Assembly: GCA_035221665.1 (NCBI GenBank)
Contig: CM069159.1
Location: 19,716,001 to 19,780,000 of the forward strand
Source of the DNA: Okamejei kenojei
Taxonomy: Eukaryota
Reading direction: 5' to 3'
Length of the DNA: 64,000 bases
The notes below the pieces were generated by a model. That model was not told where the DNA came from. It searched no databases and was given only the letters and a program-made list of their open reading frames with translations. A program made the translations under genes and the position numbers. How positions within the stretch are numbered: position 1 is the first letter of the stretch; every line of letters begins with the position of its first letter. Below are positions 12,972 through 26,056 of this stretch, piece after piece.

Positions 12972-14672
12972 AAAATATTATTACACTATTTTTCAAAGTC
13001 TAAATTGAACAAGATCTTCCCAAATGTCTCTCCTATCTGCGATAAATGTCTCCTCCAAGAAGCGACTATAACCCATTCTTTTGTTTCCTACACAAAATTA
13101 CAAAACTTCTGGAGGGGAATTTTTTATATCTTTTCCAAAATACTTAAAACTAAATTGGATCCCGATATAAAACTGACCACACTAAGTATGTCAGAGGCCT
13201 GTTCTAAGCTAACGATATTTCAAAGACGTTTCCTTAACTATGGCCTAATAATGGCAAAAAAATTAATACTCATATTTTGGAAACAGACAACAGTCCACAG
13301 TGAAGATGTGGATTACAGACATGTCCGAGACACTACATTTGGAAAACATTAGGCATGTCTTGGAGGAAAAACCAGATCAATTTCTTAAGACATGGACACC
13401 CTTTAACAAATTCTTACAACAATAGTATGGTGCAACACAAATTTAAGTTTAAATCCGATGCTGGGTTGGGTGAGGTGGGTGGGGGGGGGGGGACGAGGGG
13501 CAAGGTATATCTCCACTTTTCTTTTCCATTTTTTAAATTTCTATATCTTTCTGCTATACTGCTTTGGTAGTTTAGGGATTTTCTTTTGTTCTTCTTCAAT
13601 GTATCTTTTCATTCTCTACTTTTCTTTCGTGTTTTCACTTTCCTTTCTTTTTTAAGTTTCATAAAATAAATTATATATTTTTTTAAATAATTAAAAAAAA
13701 CATTTGTAAAAATGATTGTGGGTGATAGAGAGTTTTCATTCAAGTATTTTTGTTAAAAATAATTTATTGCGGTTTTCTTTGGCTTCGTAAAAAGAGTAAA
13801 AAAATTAAAGGCCAAAAAAAAAGAAATTGATTTGCGATAAAAATCATATCTCAGTTAAAAGATCTAGTTTTAGGCCGCCTTTGTTATTCATTCATGTTAT
13901 CTCTAAGGCCTATCCTTCCCTTGATGGTGTCTGGCAAATGTATTTTTATTTTGGTTTTCTGAGGATTGTTATAATATCCCTTATTTGAGCAAATTCTGGC
14001 TGAATGTCTTTTCCTTTTATCCTTTTATGTTATAAATGAGCATGCAAAAACTGCAAATAAAATAATGTAAGTGTTTGCATTAGGGTTAAAAAAGAAAACC
14101 TTTTTTTAGATTTTTGTTTGTGTTGATTTGATTGCCTTTTGCTGTTCGACTGTATTAGTGTGTGCAGTGTACATTTAATGGTCCTCCTGACCTAACAACT
14201 TCACATCACATTAATTTCAACATGGAATAGTGATGTGAATACAACATTTAGTTCGACTTCAACATCCATCATGAAACTTGAAGTCAAACTAAATGGTGCA
14301 TTTACGTTACTATGATCACTTTCAAACTAACCTATTTTACTGTCATACTATTATAACAAATTCTTGTTCCATGATGACTCATAAACAAGATCACAAATCA
14401 CATTTTGAATTCCCAAACACAATGTGATTGTGAATAATTGCAGAGCTGCCACGTTTGCCGAGCATTTCTGTATTTTGTTGGGTAAATCTGTATTTCTCAC
14501 ATAAATGCAATAGAATGTACTACACAAAACCTGGATTTTTGAAAATCAGTATTTTGCATGCAACCTCATGTTTTCTCAAATATCAGTATGAAATACTGAA
14601 AATCAGTACTACTGAATTGTGAAACCATTTTTGAAATGTGAATTTATAATTCTTGATTTTGATTCAATCATA

Positions 14673-15605
14673 TCCTTATATAACTATAAAACTCTGATCT
14701 TGGATGAGTGTGTGTGTATTTATTTATTTGTTTGTGTGTTTTCACATCTTCTCGAAAAGACGACGCGCGAATGGGAAATTTTGTTCATATTCTGGTAGAA
14801 ATTTACCCCCTGGAGTCCAAAATCGGCTACCTGAAAATTTTGTGCTTTATTTCTTGAGTTATTAATAGAAATGTTCACAAATCCGATCAAACGTAGAAAT
14901 CAAAATGCCTGTTTTTTGCTGATAATGTGACAATGGATCTACCTGCCTGCCTACCATCGGCTCACGCTGTGACTGATGTCACCTCCCACCCCTCCCTCGC
15001 CGCATTGTTCAAAAGTCGCTCTGTTGACTGAAGACCAAAGATCATAGCTGAAGACTGCGTCGGCCCAGCCGGCACTCCTTTTGTCTATGCTCACTCTATC
15101 GCCCAACCGCTCGCGCCTCGGTTCTGGTCTCTCCCCCTCCCCTCTCTTCCTCTCTCCTTTCTCTCCCTCCCCCTCTCTCTCCCTCCCGTCTCTCTCACTC
15201 CCATTTCTCTCCACCCGCTCTCTTCCCCGCCTCTCTCTTTCCCCCCTCTCTTCTCTCTCACCCCCCTCTCCCCCTCTCTCTCTTCCCCCCCTCTCTCTCT
15301 CTCCCCCTCTCTCCCCTCCCCTCTCTTCCCCTCTCTCTCCCCCTCTCTCACAACCCCTCTCACCCCCCGTAGTTGGGGAGCTACGCGTGAGTGGATAGGT
15401 CGGGGATGCGGTAAAAGGAGTGAATGAATAATATTAATATAATATCAAGGGGGGTGGTTCATGTGTGTGTGTGGGGGGGTGTGGTTAATGTGTGTGTATT
15501 CATGTGGGGGGTTGTTAGTGTGTGTGTGTGACACCGCAGGCCACCCCCCTCCCTCCACAACCATGCATTGAGGGGACGGGAAGCAACTGGTCCCACTTGG
15601 TCTAG
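14673..15605 (+). mobile_element. Non-autonomous Helitron-like element
   Basis: A|TC 5' end (TCCTTATATAACTATAAAA); subterminal GGGAC..GTCCC hairpin then CTAG|T; no TSD; internal (CT)n and (GT)n tracts. Confidence 0.7.
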
Positions 15606-15760
15606 TAACTATTAAAAGTCTGATCTTGGATGTGTGTGTGTTTGTTCATGTATGTGTTTGTTTGTGTGTGTGTTTGTTTGTGTATCATCACATCTTTTTA
15701 AAAAGATGACGTGCTAACGATAAACCTTTTACATATTCCAGTAGAGATTTTTCCCCTGCA
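15606..15760 (+). mobile_element. Second, truncated copy of the same Helitron-like family
   Basis: TAACTATTAAAAGTCTGATCTTGGATG(TG)n..CACATCTT..AAAAGA.GACG repeats 14681-14810. Confidence 0.7.
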
Positions 15761-16377
15761 GCCTTATTTCTATCCAACCCCCGCCCCCCGCTAACTTTCC
15801 TTCACCTCCCCCCTATCTGAAAATCGGTCACCGTTACCACGCCTTACCCTCCTTCACCCACGCGCTTCTGACGCACAGCCTTCTATTTTTTTTTTCCCCA
15901 CCCAACTTAGCTACCCCCCTCCTTCTTCATTGACCCCCGGCTCCGCTGAAACTCCCGTCACCCCCCACTCTTCCTCCTTCGCCACCACATCCCGCAGTCT
16001 CCTGCTATCCTTAATTACCACATCCCCTCAAATAGGACGCCCCGCCCGCCCAGCCAAACCACCATCTGACCTCTCCTGCCCTCCTCGCGCCCTCAAAATT
16101 TGACCCCTTACCCTAACCTCCTCCCCCTAGTCTCGCCCACACGCCCCGCACCATCTTGCTCGCGCCCCCCCCATCTCCATCTGTAACACCCCCCGAGTAT
16201 CATCACCCCATCCCTCCCTCCCCCGTTCCCCCTTTGGTTGACGCCCGCTGCTCACTGCCCGCTGCTACTCTCACCTCCTTCCCCCCTCCTCTACCCCCCT
16301 CCCCTCCTCTCCCCTCAACTCCCCCCCACTCCTCTACCCCCATCTACTACCCCCCCTCCTCTCCCCCACCAGTCGCC

Positions 16378-16832
16378 ATGCCAGCAGCATCCCAGGGTGC
16401 ACATGTAACCACGCCAGCAGCGCCCCGAGAAGCAGCAGCAGGTCGGCCCAAGGAGTCGCTCAAGCAGCGGGTTGCTGAAGGTGGATTGCGGTGCTCACAC
16501 TCCAACCTCAGCTGCTGCTTCTCCCGAGCCTGCTCGGGCTTGGACAGTTTCTTTGAGCACTGTCGACTCGAGCCCGAGGTGATCAAGAACCTGGCCAGGG
16601 AGATGTTTGCCGCCGATCCCGCCTTCGAAAGCCTTGCCCTCAGATTTTTCAGCATGAGCTGCCCAGACTCAGGGAGCGAGCAGCGATAGTGGCAATGAGC
16701 CGAACTGGGGGAAGAACAAGCATATGCCCTTTCTGTCATCAAGCTCAATGCCAGGATTCATCCAGTGGCTGTATGGCTGCAAGAGTCGGGGGGAGGGTGT
16801 GGGAGGGGGAAAGTATAGTGGGAATGCGTAGT
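16378..16832 (+). pseudogene. Unidentified coding-like relic
   Basis: GC/CpG-rich frame with protein-like composition (ESLKQRVAEGGLRC..FFEHCRLEPEVIKNLAREMFAADPAFESLALRFF..YALSVIKLNARIHPVAVWLQE); two in-frame stops at 16687 and 16696. Confidence 0.4.
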
Positions 16833-17680
16833 GTTGCCGAACAAAACACAACAGCAATAGTTGGGTAGATCACCCACACCCCCTACCACTTGTAGCGCAG
16901 AAACGTTGCAGATAAGGTAGTCTTATAATTGGCTCAGGGAGTGGGCAGTGGCACGGTCTGCTCTGATAAGAAATGCCATAAATATTGGTGTTGGCCGCCT
17001 TTTCGGGGAGAGAACCTCAACCTTGGACCGTGTTGCGAACGGTGTCTGGTGATCTTGAACAGAACACCCTGCAGCGTGCTCTGCTATGTTTTCTGGGTTT
17101 GCGAGTTTGTTCGGGGATCTTCAGGAATACGTGAGTGTATGTGCCTTATTTAGTAGTATAATAAATGACTTAGTGAATCAAACTCTGTTAACTGAATCCA
17201 GTGATTCCTCGAACATTACATGTGGTTTGCATAAAATATCGCCAAATGTGCACAGCAATAACTTTTGATACTATGAAGAAAATGTAGAATGGCTCGCGGT
17301 TTTATAAAGACTGAACAATATAGTTGGCCAGCAATTATGTCTTGCTATCATTGATTTTTACGCTCCCATTGCAGATATTACGTGTAAACTAATTAAATGC
17401 TGGACTTGAATAAATAATTGTTGTTCCCGTTATCATGTAATTAGTTATCATGCAGAATAGTAAGATTAAATGAGAACTTACCAGTTTGAAGTTTGATCTT
17501 TATTTTATGAGGCGTTGCGATGAGGGATTTCATGAAGACCCCGCCAACACGCATGCGCGACATTCTTCAAAGCAGCGGTGTGGAATCACAGATTAAACAA
17601 CAATGACTAAATATAGTAAGATTGAAGAGACTCTATTTACCAGTTGACCTTATAGTAGAGGATTGGGAGCGGAGGGCACA

Positions 17681-17789
17681 AAATCCCTCATCGCAACTCT
17701 TCATAATATAAAGATCAAACTTCAAACTGGTATGTTCTCATTTAATCTTACTATTTCATTTCGGAGTCAAGTGAGTGACTTTGTGAAGA
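17681..17789. repeat. DIRS internal complementary region (ICR)
   Basis: 17681-17755 is the reverse complement of 17456-17530; 17754-17789 is the reverse complement of 29632-29667; the two halves overlap at TTT. Confidence 0.9.
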
Positions 17790-18016
17790 TTTCAAAGCTC
17801 TGTGATTTCATGCCCTGGATCACGTCCATGCTCACACACTGCCGCAATTCTGATGCAAGGCGTATGTTAACGTATTTCAGACTTGACAAGCTGAAAAATA
17901 ATATAGTATTTATTAATACAAATCAAAAACCCCACACTCGGGGATAAACGTTTCTTGGGGACCAGTACTTAAAACTGTCTCCGCAAACGTTGCGGGAACG
18001 GCCACATTATAAAACA

Positions 18017-18900
18017 TTATAATAGTTTATTATAAAACTGCTGGAACGTTGCTTTGCTGTCCCAGCCCCCTGTTGCGAGGATATGGTCCATGGGAACCTC
18101 CATGGTCCTCGCTGCTGATGTGGATGCAGCCCTGGTAGAATGAGATTTAAAGATATTAGTATTAATACCTGCTGCATCCACTACCACCCTGAGCCACCTG
18201 GAGATAGTCTGCACTGTCACCCTGTGATGAGGTTTCTTATGGCTGATCAGAAGGCCTTTCTCCATTTTCCTAATGGTATGCGTCACTTTGATATCGTGAC
18301 GTATGTAGGTGGCTATGCAGAGCCTCACATCAACGGGGTATGCCGGAAATATTAATTGCAGCCCTGTAGTCCCAGGTCTGTGCTGCTTGAGTAACTTGTC
18401 AATGAAGAAAGTTACTCTCTCAGGGGTTGAGACAATGTTATCCAATTTGATTTTTTGCAAGGTCTGAACCCGTTGTGCCGAGGTTAGCGCCATTAACATC
18501 ACCATCTTCAGGGTGAGTTTATCCAGCGGTTGTCCAATCATTGACGACCAGCTCCTGAGTAGGGTCAATAGTACCCCTATATCCCAGTGATGCTGTATCG
18601 TGGTCGGGGAGGGTTTGAATTGAAGAGATCCCTCATCAATTTGGAGACGAGCTGGTGTGACCCTACTCCTATACAAAGGTAGGATGACAGTGCGCTTCTG
18701 GCACTGTTAATGGCACTGTAGCTGAGGCCCTCATCATGATGTAGCCTCGCAAGGAATTCCAGCACATGGGGAATCGTGGCAGAGTCATATGTGATGTTGA
18801 TCCAGCTGCAGTAGGCCTCTTATTTGCTGATTTGGGTGAGGTACTGTCGTCTTGTGGATGCTCTGCACATGGTGTCCATGGTCCTTGGTGTTAATCCATA
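18017..18900 (-). pseudogene. DIRS tyrosine recombinase (frameshifted)
   Basis: SAQR, LLKQ, FKSHSTRAAST, GGW, FQQFY catalytic-type motifs; N-terminal LEFLARL..GLSYSAINSARSALS. Confidence 0.9.
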
Positions 18901-18980
18901 TTGCAGGAGTGGCCTCTTCAGAACCTGCAAACCAACAGGTTCAGACGACCATGGTATGGATGATTTTCCCCTGATGTTAG

Positions 18981-19271
18981 TTACCAAATCCGGGCATTTC
19001 TTAATATTGCCCATGGTTCTTTAATCATCTCAAGGACCACCGGATACCATGGTTGTGTAGGCCAGTCGGGTATTATTAAGATGCCTGTTGCAGACTCTGA
19101 TTTTATTTTCTGCAACACCCGACTGATGAGGCAGAATGGAGGAAATGCATAGAAAAACCATTTCCCCCAGTGCAGCGAGAAAGCATCCATCGCTACTGCC
19201 CCAGGATCTGGTTCCCAAGATACATATATTGGTATCTGATGGTTCATTCTGGAAAGGTCGATATCTGGTGT
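18981..19271 (-). pseudogene. DIRS pol C-terminal methyltransferase-like domain
   Basis: YVSWEPDP..DAFSLHW..YAFPPF..LIIPDWPTQPWY. Confidence 0.85.
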
Positions 19272-20009
19272 TCCAAATTTGGCTATAATTTTAGAAATTA
19301 TTTTATTATTTATTTATTTATTTATTTATTTATTATAGAAACAAAATAACAACCAGTTACATTATATTTCAGTAGTAAAAATACATAGTCCTAATAACTG
19401 ATTCATACTAATAATATTATTTATACTGTGTTATCCTTAGTTATAGATTTCAGAGTTATGTATTTTATATAATTAGAGATACATAATACTACTAATACAT
19501 TCACAATATTAGCATTATACTCGTACTATTAGTAATTATCATTTTATTTCTAATTTTTTAAGTATAAGACCAAATTTTATGATATTATTGATACAAAAAG
19601 TTAGTAAATCTTATATAATTCTTATTATTTCTTCCTAAATGTTAATAATATTTATTTTATCGCTAAATTTAAAATTATTGTACCATTAAAAGTATATAAT
19701 TTTTATATAATTAAAAATATAAAATACTAAGAAATACTAATAATTACGTAACAATGTTCTTATGATCTAATAATATTTATATTCGTACTAATATTAAGAT
19801 AGTGTGTTTCTATATTATTTTTTTATATTTTTATTTAGATATAAGAAAATAGAAAAATTAGGAAATAGAATAAAGAATAAAGAAGAGGTTTGATGGAGAA
19901 TAAAATATTCGTCATTAATCCGTCTTTATAGATATATTCATGATTTATTATATGTATCTCTTCATCCACTCAAATATCCAGGCCTCAGTCGGGTTCTCGC
20001 GCCGAACCA

Positions 20010-23000
20010 TTATGACCCTGTAAATATTTAATATATGGAGACCAAATACATCTGAAGAGATCTAACCTATCCATAAGGACAAGCCTCATCTCTCCAAATG
20101 AAGTGTCTCCGACATTTCTATATTCACATTTTGATTGTTGGGGAATGCAGGGCCTTTCCAAAATTTTAATATTAATTTTTTCCCAATTATTAAACCATAA
20201 TCAATAAAAGTTCTTTGATTCGTTGTTATTAATTGGTCGGTTTTCAATTATTCCAAGTATAATCAACTTTGGGTCAGGGATTATATTTATATTGATAACA
20301 GTCGAGATTATTTTTAAATATTTCCTTCCAGTATTCTAACGATTTTATGCAGTTAGTGAATGAATGTGTCAAATTGCTTCTGAAATTTGACATTTGTCAC
20401 ATATTGGAGATATTTTTGGGAAAAAAAATATTATGTAATTTAGATTTAGAGTAATGTAATCTATGTAATATTTTAAACTGTATAAGAGAATGTTTAGCGT
20501 TTAATGAACAATAATGTATATGTTGTAACTTTCATCCCATATTCTGGTCTTACTTATTTGGCCTAATTCCTTTTCCCAAGATTCTCTGTATATTTACTGT
20601 TGATGGGGTATCGTTTCCTCCAGTAAAATATTATTATATATATGATATCATTTTTTCCATAATTGGATGTTTATTCAAACATTCATCTAAACCTTCTATT
20701 TTCTATTTTTAAATTCATATATATGTTACAGAGGCATAGTTTCTAATTTGCAAATACCTGAAAATATTCTTTATTATGTAGCCCATAAATTTGGTTTTTT
20801 TTTTTTTTTTTTTTTTTTGTTGCAACTCTTGAAATGAAAGAAAAGTGTTTTCCTTATAAAGATCAACCCATCTTAGAAATTCCTTTATTTTTACCATTGT
20901 AAAAAAGCCTTATCCAAAATTGAAGTTTTAAACATAAAATTATTAACAATCTTAAGACTTATTGGTAATAGATTTAGTTTTAAAATGCTTTCTTTATTTG
21001 TTTCCATATACGGATTCCATTTTTTTCTATTACGAGATTTTCACTATAAAACTTTCTTAGCTACATTAATATTAGCAAATATTATAGAGCTAATTCTAAT
21101 GGGGAAAACAATCTTCTTCTTCCATACTTAAACCAATTTGGTTATTGTCTATTTCTCCTAACCAAAAATTCATGTTTTTAATATTAACTGCCCAGTAATA
21201 AAACATCAAGTTTGGTAACGCTAATCCTCCATTTATTTAGACTTACATAAAATGTTTTTTATTTATTCTATGGATCTTATAATCCAAATAAAATTCGTAA
21301 TTAAAGAATCTACTTTTTTAAAAAAAAATTTTTGGAAGATATATCGGGATTAATTGAAATAAATATAATATTGTGGAAGAAAAATCATTTTTTATTGCAT
21401 TAATTTTCCCTATCACGAAATAGGTAAACTTTTCCATATGAAAAATATTCCTATTTAATTTATCTAGTAATGGGGGGAAATTAGATTTAAATAGAGAATT
21501 AAATCTTTTTGTAACAAAAATCCCAAGATATTTAATATTTTCATTTGTTATCTTAAAAGGAAATTGTTGTAATATATGTAACTTATTCATTGTTATAGGC
21601 ATAAGTTCACTTTATTCCAATTAATACTGTATCCTGAAAATGATCCGAATTCCGTTATTAGTTTTAACAAATTTCGAATACTTATTTCTGGTTGAGTGAT
21701 ATAAAAGTAATACATCATCTGCATATAAGGAAATTTTAATTCTTAGTATTTGCGGTATCATATATCCATATATTTACGAGGTGTAGTCTTACCCTCTGAG
21801 CAAGGTGGTTCTTTGCTAATGCAAACAATAAAGGTGATAAAGGGCAACCTTGCCTACAACCTCGTGATAAAATTAAATTTGATTGATAACATTCGATTTG
21901 TTGTTATTCTAGCTATGGATTTGCATATAATAATTTAATCCAAGTAATAAACTCCTCTCCTAGTTTAAAAAAGCTTCCATCACCGAAAATAAATAGGGCC
22001 ATTCCACTTGGTCAAAAGCCTTTCTGCATCCAAGCGAAATAACTACTAAATCTTTTTTTATCACTTCTTTTCGAATATATAATATTAAACAATCGTCTTA
22101 GATTATCATGAAGAATATCGTTTTGGTATAAATCCAGTTTGATCCGGATGTATTAATTCATCAACAATTGAACTCAATCTTTTTGCTAATATTGTTTTAA
22201 TATCTTTTGATCTGTATTTAATAGAGCTATTGCTCTATATGATCCTGGTTCATCTAAGTCTTTATTCATTTTAGGTATGAGTGTTATAATAGATTCGTTC
22301 AATGTATCTGGAAGCTTCTGTTCTGTATATATCTGTTCATATAATGATTTTAGATATGGAACTATATATTCATGAAATGTTTTATAAAATTTCCGAACCT
22401 ATACCATCAGGTCCTGGTGTTTTACCGTTTTTAATGATCTAATAGATTCTTTAATTTCATTTATTGAAATATCAGCATTTAATAATTTCTATTTTGTAAA
22501 TCCAGTCCCTTTCAAGTTACATTTTTTTATAAATGCATCTATTTCTATTTTACTTACTGTTGTTTTTAGCAGTGTATAAATTTTTATAATATTGCATAAA
22601 TCTTTCATTAATATCTTTAGGTTGTATTAAATAAGTCACCGTATTTGTGATTAATCCTATGTATAATTTTTTCCGCTTCAATTTTCCTTAATTGTCGAGC
22701 CAGCAGTTTTTGGGGCTTATCCCCAAATTCAAACTGTAATTGTTTAGTATGTTGGTAAAATTTTATCACTTGATCTGGTATATATTTATTTTAATTTATA
22801 TTTCAATATAACAATTTTATTATGTAATATCGTATCTGGTTTTATTGCATCTGTATATCTAATTCCTTAATCTCCTTTTCTAGATCTTGTATGTTCTTTC
22901 CGAATCTTTTTATTGTTCAAATGCTTGTGAAGAAATCATTATTCCTCGAAGATATGCCTTAAATGTTTCCCACAATAAGGAACGCGATATCTCTGGTTGA

Positions 23001-23851
23001 TCATTTATTTCAAAAAAAGTTTTAATTTGAGTTATGATATATTCCTGAGTGGCTTTGTTTTTTAAAATTTGTGGGTTAAATTTCCACTGTCTTAAATTTT
23101 CTATTTTTTATTAATTTTAATTTTTAAACGTTACTGGAGCGTGATCTGAGATTATTATATTATCATATTTAGCTTCATAAGTAAGTGAGATAAGTTTTGC
23201 ATCCACCAAAAAATAATCTATTCTTGAGTAGTTTTATGTACTGGGGAGTAAAAAGAATATTCTCGTCCTGTAGGATTTTCTGTTCTCCAAACATCTTTAA
23301 TGTTGGTTGTTTGCATATATGCATTTTAGCAAATCACTAGAACGTGATTTGTTTTTTCTTTGTTTTGTAGATCTGTCTAAGTAAGGGTCTAATGTACAGT
23401 TGAAATCTCCACCAATTATCAAATTATATTGCGTTAATTCCGGAATATTATTAAATACTTTTTTAAAAAACAATGGACTATCGAAATTTGGTCCATTATA
23501 TTAACAAGAATTACTTTTTCTGTATTTAATTTCTCCTATCACAATAATATATCTACCATCTTTATCATCTATGGTTAATGTATGTTTAAATAAAGTACCT
23601 TTACGAAATAATATTGCTACGCCTCTTGATTTATGTGTAAAAGAAGAGTGATATATTTTATCTATCCATTTAGCTTTCAACCTGTTTTCCGCCTCTTTTT
23701 AGGTGGGTCTCTTGAATGTAAATTACATCAGCTTTACTTGCCTTTAAATATGTCAATACTTTTCCTCTCTTTATCGGTTCATTAATACCTTTAACATTCC
23801 AACTGCAGAATGTTAATCCCTCATTCCCCGTATTTCTTTTAAGTCTTGCAT
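20010..23851 (-). pseudogene. L1 ORF2 (APE, RT, Cys knuckle), many indels
   Basis: FCSWNVKG, IIGGDFNC, DPGSYRAIALLNTD, DQTGFIP, YADD, QFKILHRLHY read on minus strand across frameshifts. Confidence 0.85.
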
Positions 23852-24777
23852 TTTAGATTTATGGGGATCTGCAGGATCTAAGGTTCAGCGCGATAAACCC
23901 AACCTTACACCTGAAACCTGAATGGATGTAGTTTAAATCTCTTTTTTGCCCCTCATGAATATATCTCCCTTGGTACCATTATATTACTCCAATCAAACCA
24001 AAAATTACTATTGATATAAAAGATAGAAAGAAAATAAATAGAAGTACTGTGTGTAAAAGAAAAAAGAACTACATCTAGAATCGATGTAGTTTGTGCCAGC
24101 CATATTAAGATGGACTATACATCTAACGACTTCCGTCATCGATGTTATTAACACGACCAGCTCCTGGAATTAGGGAATTATTATTCCTTAACAATATTTT
24201 AACGGGGGGTATAATATATATAATTTAAAAAAAAGGGGGGGGGGGAGGGGGAATAATAATAAAAAACAGGAAGGGGAGAGAGAAAGAGAAAAGAGGAAGA
24301 ATAAAAAAAAAAAAAAAAAGGTTCTTCCTTTAAAAATATCAATATCTAAAGCTAACTTAGAAATCTAACTAATATTAGACATAAAAAATACAAAGGCTAT
24401 ATAAAAAGATGAATAACATACAATTAATTCAGTTCAAATAGGGAAAATTAGTTATTAATTATTAGTAATAGTGATTAGTAATAGTAGACATTCCTAATTA
24501 ATAAAAAAATAGGGTGGGGAAAAACTAATAATAAAAACCGTATTATAATCTTAATGTGTGTGTTAATTATTTATGTTAGTTATATGTTAGAACTAATTAT
24601 CAATGTCCAGATATCCAGATGACGTTGTCAAATCTTGTTTTATTCCTCTCCATTCCATTCGACATTGTCTATTCCATCAAGTCCAATATCCTCTTGAAGA
24701 GTCTCAGTAAATATTAAAAGTTCATGTTGAATATCTGAAGATGGTAAAAGTCAGTATAACTTGCTTGTAGGTATTCT

Positions 24778-25862
24778 TCAAGTCTTGAACTGCTGAGCAA
24801 ACTCCAATGCAGTGGATGGGGTCTTGAAAAAGTACTCCACATTCTTATAAGAAACTCTTAAAGTCGCTGGGTAGTTCAAACCGTATCTCAGATTTTCTAC
24901 TCCACGCATAAGACTTTTGGCTTCATTGAATGCTTTTCGTTTCCTGGCGACCTCTGGTGGATAGTCTCGATAAATACTAATCCTTTGACCTTCAAATGTC
25001 AAGTTTTTAGTTTTCGAAGCTTTCCGCATAATCTCATCCAGAACAAAATCAAAATTGTACTTTTATAATCATTTGTCTGGGAGGAGCGTTTAGGTCTAGT
25101 CTGACGTCTACTGACTCTGTGAGCACGAGCTAATAAAGGCATTTCTTCCAGAGATAGAACTTCTTTGAGTAATTTAGCAGTGAACTCTCGAGGGCCGTCG
25201 ATATTCTCTCGACCCTCAGGAATCCCTACAATTCTCAGATTTTGCCTTCTCTGATGTCCTTCTAGCTCAGTACATTTCTCTGCTGTTTTAGTCAGCATGC
25301 TCATCAGACGTTCGTTTTCTGTAAACAGGTTCGCTGTAGTCAAAGCATTCGTCTCAGCTGTTTGCTCAAGGTTTTTTATTTCAGCCATCTGTTGTTTCTG
25401 CATTTCTTCAATAGGATTAATCCTATTATCGATGTCTTTTTTAAACTTTTCCAGTTTCTCATCCATCTTTTCCTCCATGGTGTTAAACATTTCAATAAAT
25501 TCTTCCTTTAATTCATCCGACATTTTCTTAACCTTTTTTTCAATATTTAACTTCGTTTCTTGTTTTAAGTCTTTCAGTTGATTTCTCATCTGATTCAGCT
25601 GAGTATCCATCAAACTGTTTATATGGTTTATTTCTTCCTTTACATTTTTTATTTCACCCTTTAATTCTTCCTTTAAGCTAACCATCTGATGAGAAATAAA
25701 AGATTTCAGTTCCTCACCTTCCATTTTTGTCCCTGGTTTTTTGGACACATCTTCCAGGGATCGAGTCCTACTCGACTCCGAGGCTTCACTTGGGCCTTCT
25801 CCCGGTCTCTGCCGGGTTGGTCGACCTTTACCCTTGTCGGTAGGGCTCCGTGAGACCGACAT
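24778..25862 (-). pseudogene. L1 ORF1 (frameshifted near 25030-25080)
   Basis: Long coiled coil, LEGHQRRQNLRIVGIPEG, LARAHRV, ISIYRDYPPEVARKRKAF, YGLNYPATLRV. Confidence 0.9.
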
Positions 25863-26056
25863 AGTTCGTCGCGCGCCTGATGACGTCACTCGGCACAGTC
25901 GGTGAAGGAACAGCAAGCAGTTTGTTGCAGGCAGCCGGTAAGTCGTTAAAACCCCCGTTTTTTTACAATTTTTTTGCGGAGCTGGCTGGCGCTATACTCT
26001 AGGGCTCCATAGCGCCACCGGAAGTCCAAATTTGGCTATAATTTTAGAAATTATTT

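Larger units (their letters stand above)
122..13817 (+). mobile_element. Full-length degenerate L1-clade LINE (host of several nested insertions)
   Basis: 5' end GGACTTTCGGTGG at 122 resembles the 5' end of the L1 at 26027 (GGACTTCCGGTGG). ORF1 remnant 2499-3367; ORF2 pieces 5718-5848, 7095-10424, ~12985-13420; A-rich tail. Flanking direct repeat AAATTGATTTGCG at 110-122 and 13824-13836. Confidence 0.75.
19304..26027 (-). mobile_element. Full-length L1-clade LINE inserted in DIRS pol
   Basis: 5' GGACTTCCGGTGGCGC; ORF1 25862-24778; ORF2 ~23851-20010; (AAAT)n tail; 32-bp duplication 19272-19303 / 26025-26056. Confidence 0.9.

Noticed and set aside
14951-16377. Pro/Ser- and Glu/Arg/Gly-rich ORFs
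   Set aside because: Low-complexity CT and C-rich tracts
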